Source: Candidatus Rifleibacteriota bacterium (lineage in GTDB: Bacteria; Muiribacteriota; Ozemobacteria; Ozemobacterales; Ozemobacteraceae). From it: a stretch of DNA of 52,163 bases. The notes beneath the pieces were generated by a model. That model saw nothing but the letters and a program-made list of their open reading frames with translations, had not been told where the DNA came from and did no database searches. The stretch is from positions 1-52,163 of the forward strand of contig JBNJGH010000009.1 in NCBI GenBank assembly GCA_051747585.1. Direction: 5' to 3'. Positions 1 to 10,036 of this stretch are shown here, in pieces; within the stretch, counting starts at the first letter, position 1, and each line of letters begins with the position of its first letter. The position numbers and the translations under genes are program-made.

Positions 1-1918
1 TGCTCTTTTTAATATTGGCGGCAAAGATGCCGCGTTGGCAATGTGCGAATATATTTCAGATCCTGATGAATGGATTTCAATGAATATTTTGCGCCTGCTA
101 TGTATTATGCGTGAGCATGAAACAATACCAATTTTGGTAGAAAAGTTTCATAAAGATGATGATTTGCGACGTAAAGCTGCCATGGTTTCTTTTCTTGCAA
201 GATTCAAAAGTGTAACTTTAATTAAAATATTTGATGAAGGTCTTGCATCGAACGATGCGCGATTAAAGGCCAATTCAATTGAAGCTATCGGTGATCTTAA
301 TTTGCCGGATAACGAAATAAAAGACAGAATTGAACCATTTTTAAAAGATCCTAATAATAGAATACGAGCAAATTCAATTCTTGCTCTTGCTCGAATTGAA
401 CCTGAACTGGTAAGGCCGGAAATCAAAAATATGGTTGAATCTAATGATATTCAACTGAGAAGAAGTGCTGCATTCATACTTGGTATGATTGACTCGAGTG
501 GTCATGAAGATCTTGCTGAAAAGCTGGTTCTAGACAGAAGTGATGTCGTTCGTAGAAGAATCGTTCAATCATTAAAAAACTTCTCATCAGAATTTGTTTG
601 TGCCCAATTGCATCAAGCGCTTTCTGATGAAAATAAGTGGATACGTAAGCATGCTCTTGATATGGCAGGTAAAATTACCAATTTTCCTAACGAGAAAATT
701 CTCGCGCTACTTAAAACAGAGCGAGCTGCTCCCAATCTTGAAGCTTGTATGAGGTTTTTTGTAAACCACCCGGACGAGGCTGCCATAAAGTCTTTGAAGC
801 TTCATGTTAAAGATGAAAGATCCCAGGTTGTAAAAGCTCTTCTTAGTGCTGTTGTAGCTATAAATGGTATTGAAGGGGTTAAAAATATTGCTCCTCGTCT
901 TAATCGCCGGGATCCAAGTGTGATCAGAATACTTACAGAGGTTCTGGTCAATTCAGGTGAGCGCAAAATACTTGAAGATTTAATCGAAAAATTTGCTCGA
1001 ACTCGGAAAGAAGAACAGATAAAGGCTTTAATTCCTTCCGTCAGAAGTTGTATGGAAATGCTCAACAAAAAAGATCTAATTCCTGCTCTATTGCTTGAAA
1101 GTCTCGAGGCAATAGAGGTTCAGGATAAGCCTGAGCCGGTTGAAGAAGTAAAGGCTGATGAAGAAGCATTAGAAGTTAATACGCCTGATCAAAGTGAAGA
1201 ATCAAAAATTGAAGAGCCTGTTCCCGATGAATCTGCCCAAGAGCCGCTTTCATTAGAAACCGGTGAACTAGAGCTACCTTCTATTGAATTAAGTGACAAA
1301 AAGCCGACAAAAAAGAAGAAGAAAAAGGGTTCAAAACATTATGTTAAAGGGATGAAAGCTTATAATCTCGGTAAGTTCAAGCGAGCAATAAGTGAATTTA
1401 ATCAGCTTATCGAAAAAGAAAAAAATGTGCCAGCAAAAATATATATGTATATGGGAATTATGTTTGCCGAGAAAAAGAAGTATGAGACTGCCAGAGCTTT
1501 CTTTGAAAACTTCTTAAAGCATAAGCCCGAGCACCCTAAAGGGAACTATCTTTATGGCAAGGCGCTTAAAGAGCTTAAAATGTGGGATGAGTTGATAAAA
1601 GTTTATTCCAGGTTTACCGGTGGGGAACTTGATGCCTCACCAAAAATGAAAAAGACAATTTATAAAGAGCTCGGAATAGCAAATGTTTTAACAGGAAAAA
1701 ATGAGCGGGGTTATCAGCTATTGATGACCTTATACAAAGTTCAACCCGATAATTATGAAGTATGTTATTATCTGGCTCTCGCTCAGTTTCATCTCCACAA
1801 ACCGAGTGCTGCCGGAGCTTTGTTAGACAAGATTCTTGACAAGTCTTGTAAAAACAAACGAATAAAAAAGCTGGCTACTGCACTTTTGACTAAGATTAAG
1901 TCCGGTGGTGGCAGCTGA
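1..1918 (+). CDS. HEAT-repeat protein with acidic linker and C-terminal TPR domain (5'-truncated by window edge)
   Basis: Frame is open from position 2 (ALFNIGGKDAAL...). Recurrent HEAT motifs (LKDPNNRIRANSILAL, DRSDVVRRRIV), an E/P-rich linker, then TPR-like helices (KGMKAYNLGKFKRAISEF). Confidence 0.85.
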   Translation, partial: ALFNIGGKDAALAMCEYISDPDEWISMNILRLLCIMREHETIPILVEKFHKDDDLRRKAAMVSFLARFKSVTLIKIFDEGLASNDARLKANSIEAIGDLNLPDNEIKDRIEPFLKDPNNRIRANSILALARIEPELVRPEIKNMVESNDIQLRRSAAFILGMIDSSGHEDLAEKLVLDRSDVVRRRIVQSLKNFSSEFVCAQLHQALSDENKWIRKHALDMAGKITNFPNEKILALLKTERAAPNLEACMRFFVNHPDEAAIKSLKLHVKDERSQVVKALLSAVVAINGIEGVKNIAPRLNRRDPSVIRILTEVLVNSGERKILEDLIEKFARTRKEEQIKALIPSVRSCMEMLNKKDLIPALLLESLEAIEVQDKPEPVEEVKADEEALEVNTPDQSEESKIEEPVPDESAQEPLSLETGELELPSIELSDKKPTKKKKKKGSKHYVKGMKAYNLGKFKRAISEFNQLIEKEKNVPAKIYMYMGIMFAEKKKYETARAFFENFLKHKPEHPKGNYLYGKALKELKMWDELIKVYSRFTGGELDASPKMKKTIYKELGIANVLTGKNERGYQLLMTLYKVQPDNYEVCYYLALAQFHLHKPSAAGALLDKILDKSCKNKRIKKLATALLTKIKSGGGS

Positions 1919-1946
1919 ATGATTTGTTAGTGAGGTTCTGGCCCGT

Positions 1947-1975
1947 TTGCAGTAAATGGGGAAACATACTAAGAT
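1947..1975 (+). promoter_or_regulatory. Putative sigma70 promoter for the HEAT-apt-cytidylyltransferase operon
   Basis: TTGCAG-N17-TAAGAT about 40 bp upstream of ATG 2016. Confidence 0.4.
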
Positions 1976-2015
1976 ATACAACCATAAAACTTGAAGACGG
2001 AAAGAAGATAGGATT

Positions 2016-3524
2016 ATGGAAGCTAAAATTAAACGTCTTTTGACTGACTTAAAAAATCCGGACGATGATTTGAGAGCGCTTTCTGCAATGACTCTTATGA
2101 AGTTGGATATAACTGATCGCGATACCAGAGAGAAGGTTCTGGATGTTCTGGTAACCGCAACCAGAGATAAAAATGTCTCGGTAAGATTTTTTGCACGAAA
2201 AGCGATCGACAAAATTCGAAAAGCGGAAAAGCTGATGAAGGTCGACGTGGCTGCTGATAAGGACTCGGCAATTGAAGAAACTTTGAATTCTGAAGACTTC
2301 GAAGAACGACTTGCCGCTGTAATGAAAATCAAAGAAAATAACAAAAGCGAATTTAAAGATCACCTGGTAAAAATGCTGGTAAAAGAAAAGCATGCTTTTG
2401 TCAGGGCGACTCTTATAAGTACTTTAAAGTTTTTCCTTGATAAAAAAGATGCGGAAATTTTAAGTCCATTCCTTAACGATGAGGATAACAGGGTTCGTTC
2501 TAATACTATTGAGGCTATTGAATATTTAAAAGTTGAAGAGGCTATTCCAAGCCTTTTCTCTGCTTTAGAGGATCCTGACAATCGTATCAGGTCCGTTGCG
2601 GCAAAGGCTTTGCAGGCATTCGGGGAAGAAAAAGTTTTTGCAGAGTTAAAGAAAATGCTTGATTCGGATGAAGAATGGATGAAAGGCAGCGCAATTTATG
2701 CTTTGTCACATATTCAGGCAGCTGAATCAATTCGTCTTCTTATCAATACCGTTAGAGAAGCCAATCATTCTGACACCAAAGTCAAGGCAATTGTAGCTTT
2801 GGCAAATTATCATGATTTATCTTCATTCGTTTTTTTGAAAGGGCTTGCTGTAGAAGGAGAGGGTAGTTTTAAAGAAGCCGCTGCTTATGCCCTTAAGCTG
2901 CATGAAGATAAATTTGGCCTTGAGCCCCCTTCTGATACATTGTTAAATGAAGAAGAAGAAGAGGAAGAAAAAGAAAAGGCCAGAGGGCAGGAAGCACAAA
3001 AAGAATCCGCCGATCTAGCAGGAACGGTTTCAAAGTATTTTAGAAAAGGTAGGGATGAGGCAATAGGCCTTTCTAATCGTGCTGCAATTAATTTCAATGT
3101 TACCGATATCAAGAAAGAAATAGACGAGTTGTTAAAAGAAATCGGAAGAATAACATTTGAAATTTACCAGTCGGGAGAACTTGACTTGCCTGATCTATTA
3201 ACCATAGGGCATGAAATTCTTCGTATGAATTATTTTATTAAAAAGTATTCTGAAAACAAAGAAGCTAAAGAAGAGAAAAAGGCAGAAGGATTTTTTGAGC
3301 AGTTAAAAAACTTCTTTTCGAAATCAAACGAGCAAAAGCAATCGGTTTCTAGAGCTGAAAAGTTTGTAAAAAAACGTGATGAACTGTTTTTAAGAATGGG
3401 TAAGCTGGCTTTGCAGAAATACAAAAATGAAGAATTGAAGTCAGATGCTCTTGAAGGCTATTATTATTCCTACCAGAAGCTTGAGAAAAGGCTTGTCGGA
3501 GAAGAAAAAAAATTAAAGGTTTAA
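2016..3524 (+). CDS. HEAT-repeat protein with C-terminal helical domain
   Basis: HEAT motifs LNDEDNRVRSNTIEAI, LEDPDNRIRSVAAKAL and LDSDEEWMKGSAIYAL; AGGA RBS. Confidence 0.85.
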   Translation: MEAKIKRLLTDLKNPDDDLRALSAMTLMKLDITDRDTREKVLDVLVTATRDKNVSVRFFARKAIDKIRKAEKLMKVDVAADKDSAIEETLNSEDFEERLAAVMKIKENNKSEFKDHLVKMLVKEKHAFVRATLISTLKFFLDKKDAEILSPFLNDEDNRVRSNTIEAIEYLKVEEAIPSLFSALEDPDNRIRSVAAKALQAFGEEKVFAELKKMLDSDEEWMKGSAIYALSHIQAAESIRLLINTVREANHSDTKVKAIVALANYHDLSSFVFLKGLAVEGEGSFKEAAAYALKLHEDKFGLEPPSDTLLNEEEEEEEKEKARGQEAQKESADLAGTVSKYFRKGRDEAIGLSNRAAINFNVTDIKKEIDELLKEIGRITFEIYQSGELDLPDLLTIGHEILRMNYFIKKYSENKEAKEEKKAEGFFEQLKNFFSKSNEQKQSVSRAEKFVKKRDELFLRMGKLALQKYKNEELKSDALEGYYYSYQKLEKRLVGEEKKLKV

Positions 3525-3533
3525 AAGGTTATT

Positions 3534-4046
3534 ATGGAATTAAAAAACTATATAAGAGATGTTGTTGATTTTCCTAAACCAGGAATTATTTTTAAGGATA
3601 TTACTCCACTTCTGGGAAATGCAGAAGCATTCAATGCAATGATTGACCTGTTTGCCAAACGCTATGAAGGCAAAGGAATAACCAAGGTTTGTGGTATAGA
3701 ATCCAGGGGCTTTATCCTGGGCGCAGCCTTGGCCACAAAACTGGGCACTGGATTTGTTCCGGTCAGAAAAGCCGGGAAATTACCCCATGTCATAATCAAA
3801 CGCGAATATAGTCTTGAATATGGCATAGATGCGGTTGAAATTCATAAAGATTCGGTTCATCCCGGTGAAAAGGTTGTTTTGATCGATGATCTTATGGCAA
3901 CTGGCGGTACCGCTCTGGCTACTCTTGAACTTCTTGAGGAGCTTGGTGCTGAAATTGTAGAAGTTGCTTTTGCAATAGAGCTTGAGTTTTTAAAGGGCCG
4001 AGATAAGTTTACCGGCAAAAGGGTTTTCAGCCTGCTTAAATACTGA
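3534..4046 (+). CDS. apt: Adenine phosphoribosyltransferase
   Basis: DFPKPGIIFKDITPLL, ESRGF, RKAGKLP, YSLEYG and the PRPP-binding motif VLIDDLMATGGT. Confidence 0.98.
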   Translation: MELKNYIRDVVDFPKPGIIFKDITPLLGNAEAFNAMIDLFAKRYEGKGITKVCGIESRGFILGAALATKLGTGFVPVRKAGKLPHVIIKREYSLEYGIDAVEIHKDSVHPGEKVVLIDDLMATGGTALATLELLEELGAEIVEVAFAIELEFLKGRDKFTGKRVFSLLKY

Positions 4047-4750
4047 TGCTTATTGCTGTAATAGTTGCCCGAAAGCATTCTAGAAGATTGCCGGGAAAAA
4101 ATCTTAAAAAGCTTGCCGGAGTTTCTCTTGTTGGCAGAGCTGTGCTCAGGGCTAAAAAAGCCAATGTTTTTGACCGAATAATTGTTTCAACTGATAGTCG
4201 TGAAATTGCTGAAGAAGCAGAACAATTTGGTGCAGAAATACCCTTTATTAGACCTGCTGAGCTGGCTTGCGATCATTCTGAATCAGTTGATGTTCTAATT
4301 CATGCTGTTAGAAAAATTGTTGAGCCAACAGAACAAAAAAATGTAACCCTATGCCTTATGCAGCCGACATCTCCGCTGGTATCACCGGATTCAATTCATA
4401 ATGCAGTTAAAAAATTCCGAGTTGGTAGCTTTAATTCGCTTTCTTCGATGACAGAAGTTTTGCAGCATCCTGAATGGATGTTCAGATTAAACAATAATGG
4501 CAGCGTAGCTCCGGCTTTTCCGGAAAAATTTTCAGATTCTTCGAGAAATTTGCGCAGTTTTTATATAGAAAATGGAGCAATATACCTGGTTAAAGCGAGC
4601 TGGTTGCTGGAAAAACATTCGTTGTATGATTTGAGCAATCATGGCATATTTCTTATGAGCAGAGAAGAGTCTCTGGATATAGATACCCTGGAAGACTGGA
4701 AGCTTGCGGAATTTTATATTGCTTTAGACAGGCCTATTCGCGATTCATAA
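4046..4750 (+). CDS. Acylneuraminate (CMP-nonulosonate) cytidylyltransferase family protein
   Basis: AR...S.RLPGKN, IIVSTD, IPFIRPAELA.D, QPTSP, ENGAIY and SLDIDT..DW motifs; TGATG overlap with apt. Confidence 0.9.
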   Translation: MLIAVIVARKHSRRLPGKNLKKLAGVSLVGRAVLRAKKANVFDRIIVSTDSREIAEEAEQFGAEIPFIRPAELACDHSESVDVLIHAVRKIVEPTEQKNVTLCLMQPTSPLVSPDSIHNAVKKFRVGSFNSLSSMTEVLQHPEWMFRLNNNGSVAPAFPEKFSDSSRNLRSFYIENGAIYLVKASWLLEKHSLYDLSNHGIFLMSREESLDIDTLEDWKLAEFYIALDRPIRDS

Positions 4751-6803
4751 TCGGGTTATAAAGATTGGCCTGGTTTCTGCCGTTGCTCTTGGAATAATAT
4801 AAAGCATAATCGGCTTTTTTTATTAATTCAGGTTTTGATTTGGCTTGATCCGGATATGATGAGACTCCAAGCGATACTGTAATAGGAACAGGTTTGCCTC
4901 TGATTCTGAAATCATATTCTGCTACAGCAGCTCTGATGCGTTCAGCCGGGGGTAAAGAGCCTTCAGCATTCTTCTCGGGGCATATTACCACAAATTCTTC
5001 GCCACCGTATCGGGCAGGAATATCGACTTCGCGCACGCTTTTTTCAATAAGGCGGGCAACAGTTTGTAGAACCCTGTCTCCTTCAGGGTGCCCATAGGTG
5101 TCATTGAATTTTTTAAAATGATCGACGTCGAGAATGACAAGCGAAACGTGATTTTCATAACGGTCAGCCCTTAGCAGTTCTTCGTCGAGTCGTTGCTGAA
5201 AATATCTGTGATTGTAAAGTTTGGTCATTTCGTCGGTAACGGCGTAGCGATAAAGCCTTGCGTTTTCAATTGCAATTGCTGCCTGATTAGCCAGGTTTAC
5301 AAAAAGCTCAAAGTCTTTATCTGAAAAGCTGTCAGGCTCATCTCTCGAGACATTCAATACTCCGAGCAACTTTTCTTTCGCAATGAGAGGAACGCACATT
5401 AAAGTGCCGGCTTTAACGTCGTTCTTCTTAATTGAGAGAAACGTTTTATCCTGCTTAACATCTTTTATAAACAAAGGTTTTTGCTGGTCGACGACCCAGC
5501 CGGAAATAGATTCTCCGGCTTCGAGTCTGGTTTTTTGGGTTATTTCATCAGAAAGGCCTACAGCAACGCCAATGGTAAGAACCTTGTCATCGAGCAACAT
5601 AATAGAGCCCTTTTCTGCTTGTACGACTTTCACAGCTGTTTCTAAAATTTTGTGTTGTAGCTTTTTAAACTCAAGAACAGAGCTTATTGCTTTTCCGACA
5701 TCATAAAGGGTAGAAAGCTGTATGATTCGGTATTCAAGATCTGCTTTAGTGCTGCGCAAGTTCAAACGCATTTCATCGAAAGTCCTGGTTAAATCACCGA
5801 TTTCATCATCAGAGGCAGGATCTATGTGATGGGAAAAGTCCCCCTTGCTGATTTGCCTTGCGCCTTCAATCAAGTTTCGTAAAGGTGCGGTAAAGTTTTG
5901 AGCCAGCAGAATAGACAATATTATAGAGATAATTGCAGTAAGAAAAAGTATTCGCAAAATTCTTGCTCTGAAAGTGTAGGCAGCTTGAAAAGCTTCTCTT
6001 TCAGGTATTTGTAGAATAATTGTCCAGTTTGGCGCCTGGTAAAAATCGAACTTTTTAAGAGAGACGGCGGTAATAAGAAAGGGCTCTCCGTTGAGATTTT
6101 TTAGTTTGGTTATATCTGTTTTTGCCGTTTCAGCGGCAGCGATGTTAAAAACGTTGGTCTCTGTAGAAGATTTAGCAATTATTTCGCCGTTCTCGTCTAG
6201 AACAAGCCCTTGGGATCTAGAGTTCTTAAGAGCTTTTTTTAAAATTTCGGCAATATTTGAAAGATTTACTTCTGCTACCAGAATTCCATTGAAACCATGC
6301 ATTTCAGGGGACCTGACGATAGACTCCAAGGTCATGTATTTAGTTCCATCGGGAGATGTCGATGCCTGTGAAAGCGAGCCGTGATAACTTCGTTTTATTG
6401 CATTCGAATATAAGCGTTCAGATGAAATCTTGATATCAGGGTCAGTAGAAAAAACAATCTTTTTATTTGAGTCTATAAGATAAAATGCCTTAAAAATCGA
6501 AAACTTGTTTAAGAGCGAATAAAAAAAATCTTCTGCGACAATGGTGTTGATATTGCGAATTGCCTTGAGATCGGTGATTGATGATAATAAAATTCTTGTA
6601 AAATGCAGATTTTCATATATTCCGTTGGCAAGTATGTTTGAAAGCTCTTTATGATTTTCTGTTACTTCTTTTGTAATAATTTTTTTTTGCTGGTTGTATG
6701 CTTGATAACCAATAAAGGCTGTTGGCAAAACGGACATCAGGAGAATAAAACAAGTTAGTTTAAGTTTAAGGCCCAATCTAATAAAGGAATTATTTGTAGT
6801 CAT
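4734..6803 (-). CDS. Membrane diguanylate cyclase (Cache-like sensor, HAMP, GAF, GGDEF)
   Basis: Two TM segments, HAMP (DEIGDLTRTFDEM), GAF, DVDHFKKFNDTYGHPEGD, RYGGEEF active site and RxxD I-site (REVD). ATG at 6803 preferred over TTG 6818. Confidence 0.93.
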   Translation of the reverse strand: MTTNNSFIRLGLKLKLTCFILLMSVLPTAFIGYQAYNQQKKIITKEVTENHKELSNILANGIYENLHFTRILLSSITDLKAIRNINTIVAEDFFYSLLNKFSIFKAFYLIDSNKKIVFSTDPDIKISSERLYSNAIKRSYHGSLSQASTSPDGTKYMTLESIVRSPEMHGFNGILVAEVNLSNIAEILKKALKNSRSQGLVLDENGEIIAKSSTETNVFNIAAAETAKTDITKLKNLNGEPFLITAVSLKKFDFYQAPNWTIILQIPEREAFQAAYTFRARILRILFLTAIISIILSILLAQNFTAPLRNLIEGARQISKGDFSHHIDPASDDEIGDLTRTFDEMRLNLRSTKADLEYRIIQLSTLYDVGKAISSVLEFKKLQHKILETAVKVVQAEKGSIMLLDDKVLTIGVAVGLSDEITQKTRLEAGESISGWVVDQQKPLFIKDVKQDKTFLSIKKNDVKAGTLMCVPLIAKEKLLGVLNVSRDEPDSFSDKDFELFVNLANQAAIAIENARLYRYAVTDEMTKLYNHRYFQQRLDEELLRADRYENHVSLVILDVDHFKKFNDTYGHPEGDRVLQTVARLIEKSVREVDIPARYGGEEFVVICPEKNAEGSLPPAERIRAAVAEYDFRIRGKPVPITVSLGVSSYPDQAKSKPELIKKADYALYYSKSNGRNQANLYNPIMNRE

Positions 6804-7806
6804 TTTCTGGCGATTCAATTGAATTAAGTTTCTTTTTTATACTTTCTATGTTTTCTTTAACAAATGTATAATCAGGTGACAGTTTTGCTGCACGCTCGAA
6901 GTATTCAAGAGATCTTTCAAGTTCCCCGAGGCCAAGGAAAATATTCCCCAGATGAAACATTGCATCTGGGTTTTGGGGCTGAATTTGTGCAATTTTCGAA
7001 AAAGTCTCGATAGCCTTTGAGCTTTTTGATAGACCCTGTTGAGCTTGCCCAAGAACGGTAAGAGCCTGGATGTCATCGGGAAATTCTTTTAAATATTTTG
7101 TTGCTAATCCCAGGGCTTTATCGAAGTCGTTTTCAAGGATTGCCATTAAAGCACTGCTTAAAATATCATTGTCTTCGGTAAAATCATCTTTATAATCTTT
7201 GGCTTGTTTATCGAGGTTTGCAAGAAATTCCTGCTCTTCGCACTTTATTATTTCTGACTGCACTACTTCGACATAGGTGCTGTCAAGTTCTTTTAGCTGC
7301 TTCAAATGATGCTTGGCCTTGGCAAATTCACCGTTATCCCGGTAGATCACGCCAAGGTTCTGATGAGCCTGAGCATGTTGCGGATCAATTTGAATAACTT
7401 TAAGGTAGAAGGGTATTGATTCCTGACTTTTGCCAAGATGAGATAAGGCAACAGCAATATTAAAAATTGCATCTATATCAGTAGGTTTGATTTTAATTAC
7501 TGCTTCCCATTCACTTATGGCTTTAAGAATCTTGTTTTGTTTCATATAAATAAGACCAAGGTTATAATGAGAAAAACAGTGATCAGGGGCTACTTCAAGA
7601 GCGTCCTGATAAGCTTCTATTGCCCTGAGAGGACTGTTCATTTTGTGAAGAAAAACCCCTTTGGTCGAATGGTAATCAGGATTTTCTGGATCTTTGCTTA
7701 TTGCTTTTTCTATTTGAGCTATTGCCTTGTCATAGAGCCCCTGGTCAAAGAGATCCAAGGCGGTTTCATAATGACGTTGAGCATAAACATTGTTCAAATT
7801 GGCCAT
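6790..7806 (-). CDS. Tetratricopeptide-repeat protein
   Basis: Multiple TPR units (SHYNLGLIY, AHQNLGVIY, AMFHLGNIF). Start uncertain (ATG 7806 or further upstream). Confidence 0.9.
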   Translation of the reverse strand: MANLNNVYAQRHYETALDLFDQGLYDKAIAQIEKAISKDPENPDYHSTKGVFLHKMNSPLRAIEAYQDALEVAPDHCFSHYNLGLIYMKQNKILKAISEWEAVIKIKPTDIDAIFNIAVALSHLGKSQESIPFYLKVIQIDPQHAQAHQNLGVIYRDNGEFAKAKHHLKQLKELDSTYVEVVQSEIIKCEEQEFLANLDKQAKDYKDDFTEDNDILSSALMAILENDFDKALGLATKYLKEFPDDIQALTVLGQAQQGLSKSSKAIETFSKIAQIQPQNPDAMFHLGNIFLGLGELERSLEYFERAAKLSPDYTFVKENIESIKKKLNSIESPENDYK

Positions 7807-7903
7807 AAGTTTTTTATTACTTTCCCCGGTCGGATGGCCCATTATAGCGCAATTAACCAAACTTTTCAAATTCTATAGGATAACTGGTTTTCATAGTAAA
7901 AAC

Positions 7904-7932
7904 TTGAAGTCAGATTGACTTAGGACTATACT
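7904..7932 (+). promoter_or_regulatory. Putative sigma70 promoter with palindrome in the spacer
   Basis: TTGAAG-N17-TATACT; AAGTCA-GAT-TGACTT palindrome at 7907-7921. Confidence 0.4.
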
Positions 7933-7940
7933 TAACCTCT

Positions 7941-8291
7941 ATGAATGAAGCAGACACAATAGAAGAGAAAAACCGGCAACCGGTATCGGTAAAGCCCCAA
8001 TACGCCGCTGTTTTTACCTATAAGTGGTGGGTAGAGTGGTTTGGTTTGCTGACCTGTGTGTTTTTGTTTGCAGGTTTCCTTAACTTTTTATTTCAATGGT
8101 TATCTTATGGAAAACAATGGAATTTTGCCGGATTTATTTTTAATCTTGCATTGTCGCTACTGGTCTATTTTACTTCCTTGAGTAAAAGGAAGCTTGCTTC
8201 TTATCAAGCGCGACTATTTATTTCATTGATAACTCTGACTCTATGGTTCGCACTTTTGCCTGTTTTGATGAAATTTTTCGGTTTTAAATAA
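7941..8291 (+). CDS. Small hypothetical membrane protein (about 3 TM helices)
   Basis: 116-aa ORF with three hydrophobic stretches, filling the gap between two minus-strand genes. Confidence 0.7.
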   Translation: MNEADTIEEKNRQPVSVKPQYAAVFTYKWWVEWFGLLTCVFLFAGFLNFLFQWLSYGKQWNFAGFIFNLALSLLVYFTSLSKRKLASYQARLFISLITLTLWFALLPVLMKFFGFK

Positions 8292-8293
8292 AA

Positions 8294-10036
8294 TCAGCGT
8301 TTTTGCTGACTTATAATTGTAAACCTGGAAACAAGAGAGTGTAGTTCATCGGCAAGGGTTGCAAGATCTTCAGTTGAACTGGAAACTTGTGAGACTGTCG
8401 TAGTCTGTTGTTCAACTGAAGTAGCTACTATTCCCAGTCGTTCAGTCGTTACCTTGGTAAGACTTGTGATATCTTCGATCGTTCTTGCCATTACCATGGA
8501 ATTTTCCGACTGTTTGTTGGAAATAGAGCTGATTTCTGAAATTTTTATATTTACATCCTTGACGCTGTTAATAATGTTGTCAAGATTGGTGCTTACTTCT
8601 CTGATAACTTTGATACCTTCGTCGACCCTTCCGCGACCAAGGGTCATAGAATCAACTGCGTTTTGAGTTTTAGTCAGAATGTCTTCTATTTTTGTGCCTA
8701 TGGCTTCTGCCGCCTCTGCAGATTCCTCGGCGAGTTTACGTACTTCGCCGGCAACAACGGTAAAGCCTTTCCCCTGTTCACCTGCTCTGGCGGCTTCAAT
8801 CGCGGCATTTAAAGCCAGAAGATTGGTCTGACTGGCAATAGCGGTAATTGTATTAACAATTTCGCTGATTTGTAATGAGGCTGAGTTAAGGTCAAGAATA
8901 ACCTGAGTAGCAATATCTACTGATTCTTTAATTTTTCCAATCATTTCAACCGACTTCTTCACAGTTTTGCCGCCATTTGAAGCTGTTTCGCTGGTAGTGG
9001 CGGCTGCAGTAACCGCAGTCTCTGCAAGTTGTGCAACCTTTTGAGCTGACTGAGAGAAGCTGTCGACCGAGTTGGTTGTTTTTTCCAGATTTCCTGATAT
9101 ATCAACCGAAGAAACATTAATGTCGTTTACGTTTTTAGAAATATCGACCAGTGTTGCCGCAGATTCAACTGATGCCGAGCTGAGTTCCTGCGAACTGGTT
9201 GCAAGGTCATCGCTGGTTTCCAATACTTTTGAAATCATTTCACAGATTCCCTCAAGCATTCGGTTAAAGCTCTCGGCAAGTCGTTGAAATTCATCTTGTG
9301 ATTCGAAGTTGAGGCGGGTATGGAGATGTCCTTTTTCGGCCTCAGACATTGAATTTATAATTCTTTCAAGTGGTCTTGAGATCCCATTTGAAATAAACCA
9401 GGTAAAACCAATAATAAAGGCGACTAAGATTACTGGAAAAAGTTTAACAATATAACCCATGATTTCGAACATGGTATCTATACTTCTTTTCGTTACAAGT
9501 TTAGAGTTTCTTGCAGAGGCTTCAGAAAGACTTCTGCATTTGGCATTAATCTCCATCTCTTTTTCGCGAACCTGGCTAATTACCATGGTCTTGCTGGCAG
9601 CAGAAAACTCATGTTTATCTTCAAGCTTGTTCAAATAGGTATCTGCTATGTCATAAAGCTCTATCAGTTGTAATTCGGTGTTTTCCTGAAAAGCTTTGAG
9701 GCTCGAAGCTTTTTTAAGATAAGAATCTTTTGTTAGTGCGGTTATGCTGTCGAGTCGCCCAAAGGCGCTTTCTTTTGAAGAATTATAAAGGGCGATCAGC
9801 TCGTCTTGATTAGGGGCGTCACGTGCTATTTCTGTGATAGAGTTTGCCGATATTTGAATGTTGCCCATAAGCTCCTGGGCATGAAGCAATATGTCGGTGT
9901 GACTACCTTTGAGAAAATTAACAATTTCTCGTAGCTTCAGCATGTTGTAGCCTGCGAAAGATGCTACCCCAACTGAAATTATCAGGATAAATAGAAATCC
10001 TGACATAATTTTTTTGCTTATCGAGAGCATGCTCAC
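8294..10036 (-). CDS. Methyl-accepting chemotaxis protein
   Basis: TM-periplasmic-TM-HAMP layout and the signalling hairpin [40 protein letters not shown]. Confidence 0.97.
   Translation of the reverse strand: MSMLSISKKIMSGFLFILIISVGVASFAGYNMLKLREIVNFLKGSHTDILLHAQELMGNIQISANSITEIARDAPNQDELIALYNSSKESAFGRLDSITALTKDSYLKKASSLKAFQENTELQLIELYDIADTYLNKLEDKHEFSAASKTMVISQVREKEMEINAKCRSLSEASARNSKLVTKRSIDTMFEIMGYIVKLFPVILVAFIIGFTWFISNGISRPLERIINSMSEAEKGHLHTRLNFESQDEFQRLAESFNRMLEGICEMISKVLETSDDLATSSQELSSASVESAATLVDISKNVNDINVSSVDISGNLEKTTNSVDSFSQSAQKVAQLAETAVTAAATTSETASNGGKTVKKSVEMIGKIKESVDIATQVILDLNSASLQISEIVNTITAIASQTNLLALNAAIEAARAGEQGKGFTVVAGEVRKLAEESAEAAEAIGTKIEDILTKTQNAVDSMTLGRGRVDEGIKVIREVSTNLDNIINSVKDVNIKISEISSISNKQSENSMVMARTIEDITSLTKVTTERLGIVATSVEQQTTTVSQVSSSTEDLATLADELHSLVSRFTIISQQKR

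Noticed and set aside
1938..1952. Sigma54 promoters at TGGCCCGTTTGC and at 20107-20118 (TGGTACCCTTGC)
   Set aside because: GG to GC spacing is 7 nt rather than the required 10 nt.
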